A DNA stretch of 63,800 nucleotides, filler included, from Collodictyon triciliatum (lineage: Eukaryota): the NCBI GenBank assembly GCA_043381765.1. It is 6 parts of 6 records of this genome, joined end to end, with 100 filler letters (N's around TTAATTAATTAA, not from the genome) between each part and the next. Parts side by side here need not be neighbours in the genome. Positions count along the whole stretch, not along the records: positions 1 to 14,441 come from JBHJMP010001816.1; positions 14,542 to 28,977 come from JBHJMP010001817.1; 4 more parts are not named here. One strand, written 5' to 3'. Positions 1 to 15,639 of the stretch are shown here, in pieces; within the stretch, counting starts at the first letter, position 1; each line of letters begins with the position of its first letter. The position numbers and the translations under genes are program-made. Under the pieces are notes generated by a model, which was not told the origin of the DNA, made no database searches, and worked only from the letters and a program-made list of their open reading frames with translations.

Positions 1-346
1 CTTTTTTTCTCTCTTTTTTTCTCTCTTTTTTTCTCTCTTTTTTTCTCTCTTTTTTTCTCTCTTTTTTTCTCTCTTTTTTTCTCTCTTTTTTTCTCTTTTT
101 TTCTCTCTCTTTTTTTCTCTCTTTTTTTCTCTCTTTTTTTCTCTCTTTTTTTCTCTCTTTGTATTGTCAGCCTACAGCATTGTTTCTATTGCATTTTATT
201 TATTTTTTTGCTGTCCTCAAATATTTTCATTCAAGCCCCAATGGTCAACTATCCTTAATTCTACCTGATGTACACCTCTGCCAACCCGACATTTATTCAA
301 TGTAAACATCTGACCAGCCAAACTGTATACTCAAAGCAAGCAAGAC

Positions 347-2180
347 ATGCTCCGAGTGTTTGTTTTAGCTGGCCTTGTCCTAAACATATGCATCCAACAT
401 TCCGGCGGTGAATGGGTTGCGCTCAACTCAATATTGCTAGAGGAGGAATTATGGGGCGGCGGTCACCCGCATTCTGTTAGTACGCATCGAGGAACTTTGG
501 CTATTGGAACTCTTGGAACTAAATATGGACAGTTTTACAAGTCCGGTGCAACGCATATATTCACGCAAAGAGGCAGTAATTGGGTATATGATACAAAAAT
601 AACCGCATCTACACAATCGACTGTCGCAAATTGTGGTAAAAGTTTAAGTCTATACGATAACTGGCTCTTGGTGGGTTGTCCGGATGAACCCTACCAAGGC
701 TTATCAAAGGTTGGCGCCGTCCATCTGTTCAATCGGCAATATTCTAATTGGACAGAAATCGAAAAGTTCACACCTGCTTACGGAGGCCAATACTTCAATT
801 TCGGGAGTCATTGCGTCATTTACCAGCAATATATCTCTATAGGAATCTTAATGTCTTCAAAGGTAAACCTAGATTCAAAAGGAACGGTATGGAACTACAT
901 GTTAAAGTCAGGAAAGTGGGAGCTTTTAGGAATGATATCTCCATCTGACCATGAAAATAGTCGAAACTTTGGATATTCAATCGCCCTGAGAAAATCATGG
1001 TTGGTAATAGGTGCCCCTGGAATCTATTCGCAAGGGAAACCAGGCTCTGTCTATGTATACACATACGAAAAAACATGGAGTCGGAAGCAACTTTTAACAG
1101 GAGATATCCTAGCCACGGTCGGTGAGCAATTTGGGAATGAAATTGCGTTGAGCGAGTCGTTTCTGGCGATATCAGCACCTCATCAAATCACAGAAAATGA
1201 TAAATCAGGTGTAATATACATGTATACTTTAGAATATGGTGAATGGGTAATGCATAGTCTTGTGACTGCCAAACATCAACCTCAGCTATCTGACCATGGC
1301 TTTGCAATGACAGTGTCCAGGGAATATATGGATGTAACAAATTTTGTTGACACAGTGTGGTCGTTTAGATTTGATGGAGCGCAGTGGGTGGAAGTATCAG
1401 TCACAGCAGGGGTCACAAGTATCATCGATGACGATGCACAATACAGATTTATAAAGTATTTTGACGTGGGTGATGGTGAAACCAAAATCGGTGTATCTTA
1501 TAACCCATCAGAATTTACCCGTAAGTATCAACCATTGATTCTACGGATTCCAGAAAATAAAATAAAAAAATACAGTTCAACGTAATTAATGTAGAATTCT
1601 TTCTAATTGTAAAATAGATTCGCAGTTACCAAGCCCTTCGCATCTACCCCCGACTGGTAAGGAGTTTTCTGCTTTTTCGAAAGATTTTCACATGTCAAAT
1701 TTAATTAAAAAAGTAAAGACCTTTTAGAGTTTTTTCTTTTGTCGGAATAAGCTTTTCTATGATATAAATACTAGAGGATTTTATTTTAATGACCATATTT
1801 TAAAAAAACGTATTCCAAACTTGGATTCATCTGACGGTGACGAATAGCATCCTTGAAGCAATCAGTATACAGTAGGATATAGCTTCTCCTTTTGCTTGAC
1901 TGATACTAAATGCTTCTATTTATTCGAAGATATCGAGATGATGGCATAATCTCTTGCGTAACTCTGATCTTATATCCTTTATTTTTCTGTCGCAGGGCGC
2001 ATAGAAAAAACAGAGGCAAACAGTACAAAGGCGATATTTATGGTGACAATGTCATTAGTGGGATTCCTTTCTGTATTATTTGGTGTTAAAATGGTAATGA
2101 GAAGAAATAGCCAGCCGACAGACGGAACCAAGTATTTTAACGCCACAAGCCTTCAAGTAGGTGATGATGCTGCTATATAG
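347..2180 (+). CDS. FG-GAP repeat beta-propeller type I membrane protein (integrin-alpha-propeller-like), paralog A; spliced
   Basis: N-terminal hydrophobic signal (MLRVFVLAGLVLNICI) and FG-GAP-like blades (FGYSIALRKSWLVIGAPG, FGNEIALSESFLAISAP). Exon 1 is 347-1520 with a GTAAGT donor. A 39-nt exon 1618-1656 encodes HSQLPSPSHLPPT. The last exon 1996-2180 encodes a TM segment (AIFMVTMSLVGFLSVLFGV), a basic stop-transfer stretch and TAG. Further micro-exons are possible. Confidence 0.8.
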
Positions 2181-2822
2181 TGAAAAGGGAAGGCACATTT
2201 TGTTTTTGTCTTTTGGAAAGAGATAATACCTTACATCCTGGGTATTTTATTCCTATCAAATGAGCGGGTGATTGAATAAAATCAAAATAAATTAGATTCT
2301 CCCAATTATGTAGTGGGACCACTATGTGCACTTTTCTTCGGTCATCAAACTAACCGTTTTCTCATTCAAAGAAACAAGCTAGTATAAAACTATTTTATCA
2401 TATTGAATTAATAGGCCTAAGCCTTATCGCCTACAAGTCTTTTGACTGAGCCCTTTTTGGGAATTGCTTTGCTTTGATTTTAATATTAATTCAATCTAAA
2501 TTCAAATTTTATATTCCGATAGTGGCTCATACTGTACCTTTCTCAGGTCTTTTAAGCCTACCACTCCCCTTTCTTTTTCAATTTTTTTTAAGGCTTTGAA
2601 CGTTTTCATCGCCTACTCTTCGGCCAACCTGCTCATATCATAAACATAAGGAAACTGAACCTGATTTCCTTTGCGATGACATCTAGATATATCAATGTCC
2701 AGAAATTGATTATAGAATTTGCAGAAGGATAAACTTTTCTCTTTATTATTCTTTGGGTATGGGTCAAACAGCCAAATACATTTTGTTTCGGGAGAGGAAA
2801 AAAGAGAGGCTGAGGGACTCAT

Positions 2823-4015
2823 ATGAAGAGACTTAAGTACGGCTGCATCCACTCTGTCCCGGTGATTGCATGCATTTCGAATCTCACTTTGGCGCGTGGA
2901 CAGGTTGGATTTGATGATGTTTGGGTTAGTATTGGTTGTCGTATGATGGAAGAGAGACTGTAGGGGAGAAGCATTTCCAAACTCATTTGGTATGCACAGA
3001 GATACCTAGGCAATCAGATCGAGAGGGGAAAACTGAGAGGGGAAAGAATGCAGTAGCGGTTTCAGAATGACCTCTCAAAGGAAACAATTGGTTGTATTCT
3101 TCTCAGCACCATTTTCCACCAGGCAGCCGGAATCCCACTGTGGGATAAACGTGAGCATGTACGAAGACTGTTTTTTGGTTGGTTATCTGTTTTACAATTA
3201 TTATGAGATATGACGAAGAGGAACACCTTTTCTTTTTCATAGAAAATTTCAACTGAGTAGTGATGAACAGATTTGACAGCCATCCGATAAACGCTGTTCA
3301 CTATTCTTTCAAGGTATCAATGTTCCGAATCCATACCCGCATTGGGGTGCTCAGATGTCAGAAATAGCTTGGGAGATTATTTAGGTGCAGTTTGTAATTT
3401 TTTGATTAGCTGGTGGTGAGTGGAAATCTCTTGAAGATGTATCACCTCCCGTATGGAAAAGCATGAATCTTCTTATGGATAGTCTACGGCCTTATCATAA
3501 TCTTTGTTGATTGCAGGGGCTCCGTGTGCTCCCTTCATAATAACCCAGGGCTTTGTTTACTTGTATACATTTGAGCAAAATTGAATATTGACTCTGTCTC
3601 TTAAAGTAGAGTGGGCACTCTGCTCGATGTTCGGCATGTATTTATCATTCTCTGGTGATTTTCCAGCGAAATCATCTCCGAATCACATATTTCAAAACAA
3701 AAGAACTGTGGTTTTTTGTATTTACAAGCTATTATCGAACGAAAGGATTATACTTGGCAAAATACGGCCTCCAACCACAAGGAAGTATGGGGTACTGGAT
3801 ACGTACTTCCAATGTCTGTGCTGTATTGTGACATCTCTGATAACGAAAATACGGTTTGGTCATTATGCTTCTACAGATTCAAATGGCAAGAAATGGCATA
3901 GGTCTCTGGTGATGCCTCATTCATAGATTGGGGTGGTATATTAGCCAATAAGAAGGATTGGCACGAACCACCACTTCATGGCAATTGTCGATATAAATCC
4001 AGCGAAGATTAAAAG
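2823..4015 (+). pseudogene. Decayed FG-GAP propeller paralog
   Basis: Collinear similarity to the flanking paralogs with stops and frameshifts: VWVSIGCRMMEERL* (cf. EWVALNSILLEEELW), KGNNWLY (RGSNWVY), HCGINVSMYEDCFLVG (NCGKSLSLYDNWLLVG), LLIAGAP..QGFVYLYTFEQN*, CDISDNENTVWS (LDLSDNREVVWS). Confidence 0.8.
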
Positions 4016-4922
4016 ATTTCCTGTTTACTTCATAATATTACCCTTTCGTGAAGATAATGGCATAAGTTATTCATACTCTTGAGCGACAGGGTACCTTGAA
4101 CCACCCGAGTCCGAGGCTCAAAAAAAAAAAAAAAACAGGCAGGTAGGTGTTTCGTCATATTTTTGAAATTTTTTTGTTGATTAGTACTATTCGGATGTAG
4201 TACTTTTCAGTAGATTAATTACTCATTTTTTATATGTGCATTAGAGTATCATAAGTACCTATGAACGGAACAATTTCTATGCTAATAGCACAAAGAGCCG
4301 TGTTTTTGTTATGTTTTTTATTATGATTTTTTGTTAATTTTTAAACACACATCCTCCCATGCTTTTACTTACTCTATCGATTTTAGTAGCTCGTCACAGT
4401 TTATTCTAAGTGCAGTAATATTGAATCCTTTACAATTCAGATGAATCATTTTTCGCCCACAAACTGAAGTTTTCTTTTCAACTGCAGTAGTCATCCCAGC
4501 AGGGTCTGGATATCGCAAGCATAAAGTGCCCTCCTTATCGCATATTATCGATGGAATAGCAAGCGATAAATAATGAATGCCAAAATAGAATTCATGCATC
4601 AGTCTAACCCCTGGCTATAACCAAAAGTAACAGGGGCCCAGAGGGATGATACGAATAGAATCTGCTCCACTATCTGGGCGGTTTCATGTCATCTTCTGTC
4701 TGCGTCGTGGTTGCGTCCTGGTCTATGCGCTAAAAGATTGCTATGGGGAAGATGTCGCGAGCGGCCGATACTGTCATCTTTATGGATGTCGTTAATCACA
4801 CCGTCGAGAGAGCCAGGAGGTGTCTGCCAGGGGCTTTGTGCTTACGATCCCCATATATGCCGAGCAAGGATGTAGACCAATATCACTCATAAGGAGGCGA
4901 CATTACCCGGCAAGACAATCAT

Positions 4923-4961
<39 letters not shown>

Positions 4962-5539
4962 CCCCCAACAAATAGAGAAAAAGTCGTCGCTCCTGAATTA
5001 AAGTACTTCGGCTCTGCTACGAAAAACCATCGCTCGAGTTATCGAGGCAGGTGCAGGCTTGAAACGAAGAATAAAACCAACTTAAATCCTTCCTTTTGCT
5101 AAAAGTATCCCGATCTGATCATGGTTTGTTCGGGTTCAGACCCAAAACGACTAGAGGCTGGTGTGCTCTGTGGTTGTGAGAGGGAGGTTGGGAAGGAACA
5201 AAAGTAGAACGCTTTGACTCCGCTGTTCTTGCTTTTATCTCCCTTGTGTTATTTCATGCGGGTGAAAACTGGGACTTTTTTTCTTTTCTTTTTCTTTTTC
5301 TTTTTCTTTTTCTTTTTCTTTTTCTTTTTCTTTTTCTTTTTCTTTTTCTTTTTCTTTTTCTTTTTCTTTTTCTTTTTCTTTATTCTTATTCATTATTCGT
5401 ATTCTTATTATTATTCTCTTTTTCTTTCAATAATGCGTCATATTTGCGTATGACCGACTGATTGACGTGTTAACTGACCTTGTAGGTCGCTCACCATAAA
5501 GAAGAGCGCCGGGGGTATTATTCCCAGGTCCAACCTTCA

Positions 5540-7704
5540 ATGCGCATAAGCCTCTCGGCCTTTCTCTGCGTCATGGGGCTCTCTTTTGTTGTTTTTCCTG
5601 CACTTCAAACCAAAGTATACAGCAATATATGGAGTCGCACGATGGAAGTGGGTTTTGAAGGAAGTCTATGGCCCGACGGAGACCTACTCAAGTCTTTTGG
5701 TATTCACAAAGACACCTTTGTTATCGGAGTAAGAGAAGGCACTACTCATTTTATTGGAAGCTATAGCGCCGTTTATGTGTATACATTCACAGGAATTGAG
5801 TGGGTTTACCAAGCGAAGCTGGTCACGTCATCCACACAGTCGAGAGCGATGTGCGGAACAAGTTTGAGTCTGTATGAAGACTGGATTCTGGTTGGCTGCC
5901 CCTATGAGGTGGTGGAAAGGCCAATCAAAGGTGCCGCTTATCTGTTCCATAGACAAATTGAAAAATGGATTGAAGTTAAGAGGCTAACGTCTCCATTTTC
6001 CTCGTCTTATGAGTTGTTTTCAATCAATCTATCTATATTCGGGGCGTTTGCGTCCATCGGAACCCACATGACGTACACTTTCGAACCTGCATATCCTGGT
6101 TTCATTTGCAACTACATTTTTAAGAGCGGTGAGTGGGCACCCATAGGCTGTTTGACTCCGCTGCCAAATGAAAAAGATTGCCAATTCGGCCAGTCTGTTG
6201 GAATTAGTCATTCTTGGATGGTAATTAGTGCCCCAGGGTGCTTCGCCCAAGGGTCTGTCCATGTGTACACCTTTGAACAAAACTGGCAAAAAACTCAACG
6301 CCTGACAGGAGATTCCCATTCAGTTGTGTATAACTCCTTTGGATACTTTCTCTCCTTGTCAGAACCCTTTTTGGGAGTATCGGCGCCCGAACAAAAGGTC
6401 TCAGAAAGTGACACAGGAGTTATTTATATGTATACTCTGGCATCAAAGGAGTGGATAGTGCATAGTTTGATTAGACCGCATGACCACCAACCGACTCTCG
6501 GGTCGAGATATATGATTTCTCTTTCAAGATTTTACCTTGATTTGTCTGACAATAGAGAGGTAGTTTGGTCGTTCAGATTTAATGGTTCGGACTGGGTTGA
6601 GTCATCGAGCACTTATGGGAAGCAGACTGTGATGGACTCAAGTTCTCGCTTCAGGTTGATAAAGTACTACGACCCAGTAGTAGCTGAAGATAAACTAGCT
6701 ATTGAACAGAATTTGGCGGAGCTGACCAGTCTGATTTAGATCAATTGCCATACTTTCTTTTAATAAGATCAAGTTGAGAACCCCTGTTCGTTTTTGGGAA
6801 AAGCAAACTAAATCAATTTTAATGCTTGAATGATTTTGTCTTCTTACATGGTTTATTTTATAGCCTCTCAAGTACCCACCAAATCACCTATTCTGCTGAC
6901 AGGTAGATACAAAAATTAGAAGAGGGCTATTTCAACATGGGAATTTTCTATTAGCTTGGTGTCATGTTTTGATCTTATTTATTTTGTCTGCTCATTTATT
7001 TATTAATATTTATTTATCTCTAGTGACGGCATCCAACACAGGTTTAAAACACTTTAACTTAACAAAATTCACACTGCATGTAATTTCTTTTCGAAAAATA
7101 TCCTAACAAAGCTTGAAACTATCAATGCAGTGACCCGGTCAAAGTCAAATTCGGCAGAAGGTTTTTTTTCCCGTCACAAATAAATCGTGAATTGTGTTGT
7201 TAAATCAATTTTCCAAGAATCGTCGTTTCAGTGGTTTTTTTTTAAAAAAAAATAAAAAAAAACCTCTAATTATATTCACTTTTCATGCCATAATCAACAC
7301 AGCCTCTGAATCGGCCTCCAAAGAATGTATTATTTTAATCTAGGGAATTTATTTATATTTGTCATTATCATTGTTAATTAAAAGGGTTTCCTTTATTGTC
7401 GATAGATGGGATTGTGGAGGTTTCGGATAGCAACTATGCGAGCGCAATATTACTACTTCTCGGAGCAGCCTCGGTTTCTTGTGCACTCATCGGTCTCTGC
7501 CTTGTATGTCGAAAAATCTTGGATAAAAAGGAGATGGTTGATGCTGTAAAAATGACATTTTGGAAGCAGTCACTGGAGTACCAGAGTCAGAGGAGAACCC
7601 CGCGAGAGGCTTCGGAACATGCATCCCAAATCCCAAGCCGTGGATACGGAGCGACAAGTGCCGTGATTCATCTTGGAGAGACCTCTAATGCCTTCAATAA
7701 ATAA
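5540..7704 (+). CDS. FG-GAP repeat beta-propeller type I membrane protein, paralog B; spliced
   Basis: Signal peptide and FG-GAP blades (FGQSVGISHSWMVISAPG, FGYFLSLSEPFLGVSAP). Exons: 5540-6728, 6864-6902 (39 nt), 7024-7041 (18 nt), 7131-7160 (30 nt), 7303-7326 (24 nt) and 7406-7704 (TM AILLLLGAASVSCALIGLCLVC plus tail). All junctions are phase 1 and in frame. Confidence 0.8.
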
Positions 7705-8552
7705 TATGTATCTACTTCTGTAAATAAAAAAAAAAGTGGCCTATATCAATCCCATCTTGTTTTAATTCGAGCTCTTAATCTCAAGAATTGAATATCAACA
7801 AGCGAAAAGTATAGAGGTTTGCTTTGCCTTTAATAATAGCATATATTATATGATGGTTTGATGAAAGATTGTTGGGATGGGCTCAACAGCAAAGTTTTTC
7901 AGAGCGAAAAAAATAATAGTATTTACTGTAATGATTACTTTCAAAGAAATTTTTCTTATCTGGATTATTGTAACGATTTTTTATTCGACAACTCAAAAGA
8001 TAAATCAGTGCGGCATTTACGAGAAAGACTTCGTGATAAAGAAACACTGATGTAGATGTCCCTGATGTGAACTCATCAACACGCGGCCAATACTCAACAA
8101 CTATCCCACCTTACTTCATTTATATTCCCGAACCCTTTCATCCTTTCGATATCATCTACTCTATATAATTTCTATTATACTTTTACGCTCAATTTCTTTT
8201 TTTCCTCTGTTCTTTCATGCCTTCACAAGTTTATTCTGAGTTCACCCTTAGTCGCTTCAAGTACTTGCATAACATCAAACTGTCGTACGAAGCAATTCGT
8301 TCTTGTTGACTAATACTCTCCTTTTTTTTCTTTTCCTATTTTTTTATTAACTTCCGTTTGTGGCCGAAAAACTTCATATCACTCCTACACGAAGGATTCT
8401 TACAAAGTCTCTAGCTGCCACTCTTTTTTTTCTTTTTTATTTCTTCTAATCATTTGAGTCCCTTTTGTTTTTTTCTTTTGTTGTTTTGTTTTCCCTTTTG
8501 TCTTGAAAACTAAATTCCGAGGTCAGTCACGTCACTTTGTTAACGAGTTCGG

Positions 8553-13415
<4,863 letters not shown>

Positions 13416-13955
13416 NNNNNNNNNNNNNNNNNNNNNNNNNNNNNNNNNNNNNNNNNNNNNNNNNNNNNNNNNNNNNNNNNNNNNNNNNNNNNNNNNNNNN
13501 NNNNNNNNNNNNNNNNNNNNNNNNNNNNNNNNNNNNNNNNNNNNNNNNNNNNNNNNNNNNNNNNNNNNNNNNNNNNNNNNNNNNNNNNNNNNNNNNNNNN
13601 NNNNNNNNNNNNNNNNNNNNNNNNNNNNNNNNNNNNNNNNNNNNNNNNNNNNNNNNNNNNNNNNNNNNNNNNNNNNNNNNNNNNNNNNNNNNNNNNNNNN
13701 NNNNNNNNNNNNNNNNNNNNNNNNNNNNNNNNNNNNNNNNNNNNNNNNNNNNNNNNNNNNNNNNNNNNNNNNNNNNNNNNNNNNNNNNNNNNNNNNNNNN
13801 NNNNNNNNNNNNNNNNNNNNNNNNNNNNNNNNNNNNNNNNNNNNNNNNNNNNNNNNNNNNNNNNNNNNNNNNNNNNNNNNNNNNNNNNNNNNNNNNNNNN
13901 NNNNNNNNNNNNNNNNNNNNNNNNNNNNNNNNNNNNNNNNNNNNNNNNNNNNNNN
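13416..13955. other. Intra-scaffold assembly gap (540 N)
   Basis: Run of N with no stop-codon linker. Confidence 0.98.
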
Positions 13956-14441
13956 TTTATCCCTGCCTTCAATTGAATGACACAAAAGCTATAAGTTAGT
14001 AGCATTAAACATTTTATCATCAAAATTGACTTTTCATGCAAAAAATGAAATATAATAGCAACAAATATCCTGGCCTGGAGTGGGCAAGGCCCCAGTTTTT
14101 GAGGACATCAACAAGACTTTGCTAAAATGCAGCGAAAGTATTGGAGCAAAGTTTTTTCCAAATCCAACATGGCTCTCAGAGTTCAAAAATATTGTAACAG
14201 TCCATCCTCTTGGAGGTTCATGCATGGGTTCTGATGCATCTAAGGGTGTTGTCAACCACAAAGGCCAGGTCTTTTGTAGCCAAACAGGTTTTTCTCCTGG
14301 CGTTCCTCATAATTTTCTTATAGAATCACTGTTAATTTTCAAAAATAAGACGGAGGATGAATCCAGAAATTGACGCTCTTATCTTCACACAGGAACCGAG
14401 GTCTACCCAAGCCTTTACGTCTGTGATGGCTCGATTCTTCC
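13956..14441 (+). repeat. Near-identical second copy of GMC gene segment 10937-11422
   Basis: A 486-bp copy including introns, with about 10 substitutions (e.g. HPLGGVC versus HPLGGSC). Confidence 0.92.
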
Positions 14442-14541
14442 NNNNNNNNNNNNNNNNNNNNNNNNNNNNNNNNNNNNNNNNNNNNTTAATTAATTAANNN
14501 NNNNNNNNNNNNNNNNNNNNNNNNNNNNNNNNNNNNNNNNN
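14442..14541. other. Artificial contig-joining spacer N44-TTAATTAATTAA-N44
   Basis: Palindromic 12-mer with stops in all frames, centred in exactly 100 nt. The identical spacer occurs five times. Confidence 0.98.
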
Positions 14542-14679
14542 GTTTTTTGTTTTTGTTTTTTGTTTTTGTTTTTGTTTTTTGTTTTTGTTTTTTGTTTTTG
14601 TTTTTTGTTTTTGTTTTTTGTTTTTTGTTTATCTTTATCGCGTGTTCGTTGGGTGGGACAAAAGCGCAGACGCTGACAC

Positions 14680-15000
14680 CATCGAAATCATATCGCAACG
14701 CGAGCTTCTTCCCTTTCCTGCTTCCATCCAAAATTGCAACGTGATAAACTCATTTAATTTGAAATATAGCCCGAAAGCATACGAATGGAATGCCATTCGG
14801 CGCGCAAGGATTCGGTGAAGTGTTCCATCCACATTTGGACATTCTCTGCAGAAACACATCCACACCATTTGCTTCTCTCCTTCAAAAATGAGACTATGTA
14901 TTTCTCTCGAGAACGAAAAGCAGATCCGCACGGACTTTGTAGCGATTCCTCCAAGTGCGATAACTTTGGCGAGTTGCAACGCAGAAACATCTGTTATTTT
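14680..15000 (-). CDS. Possible exons of a hypothetical gene divergent from the USP gene (partial)
   Basis: Segments bounded by AG/GT encode KITDVSALQLAKVIALGGIATKS, ERSKWCGCVSAENVQMWMEHF and KGKKLALRYDFD. No family recognised. Confidence 0.3.
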
Positions 15001-15639
15001 CTACTTCTTCCTTGTTCGATATATTTTTATATGTCTATAAATGTTTCCGAGGTTGATGATAAAGTAGTCTGGATATTAGAGCAGAGCAGATGCGATCCCC
15101 AACTCAACTCTCATTAGGTTGGTTGGAGGAAAAAAACCAGCGAAATAGTTGATAAAAAAGAGGCACAAAGTTGTGTGCGATTCGGTGATTGGAGAGGAGT
15201 TTTTTATTCGGTTAATCTTTTTTGTTTTTTGTTTTTTGTTTTTTGTTTTTTGTTTTTTGTTTTTTGTTTTTTGTTTTTTGTTTTTTGTTTTTTGTTTTTT
15301 GTTTTTTGTTTTTGTTTTTGTTTTTTGTTTTTTGTTTTTTGTTTTTGTTTTTGTTTTTGTTTTTGTTTTTGTTTTTGTTTTTTGCTGAGTCGTATTTCTG
15401 TTTACCGCGATCGCGGTCGTTGTTCGCCTTTTTACTCTCTCCATTATTATTCTTATTTATTTGTTACTGTTTTTGCTTTGATTCGATCTGCTTGCTGAAC
15501 AGAGACTTACCGCTTCTGTATGTTTTTTTTTTTGTCGATCACCAAGGTCATAACAGTACATACTTCTACCTTCTTTTGTCAACTTTTATAGGTTAAAGAA
15601 GAAAAAAAAAACAGTGCAAACACAAGCGTGTGAGCTGCC

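Noticed and set aside
3062-3301. Minus-strand 79-aa ORF, first suspected to be an insertion in the pseudogene
   Set aside because: The plus strand here continues the FG-GAP homology collinearly, so the ORF is an antisense shadow.
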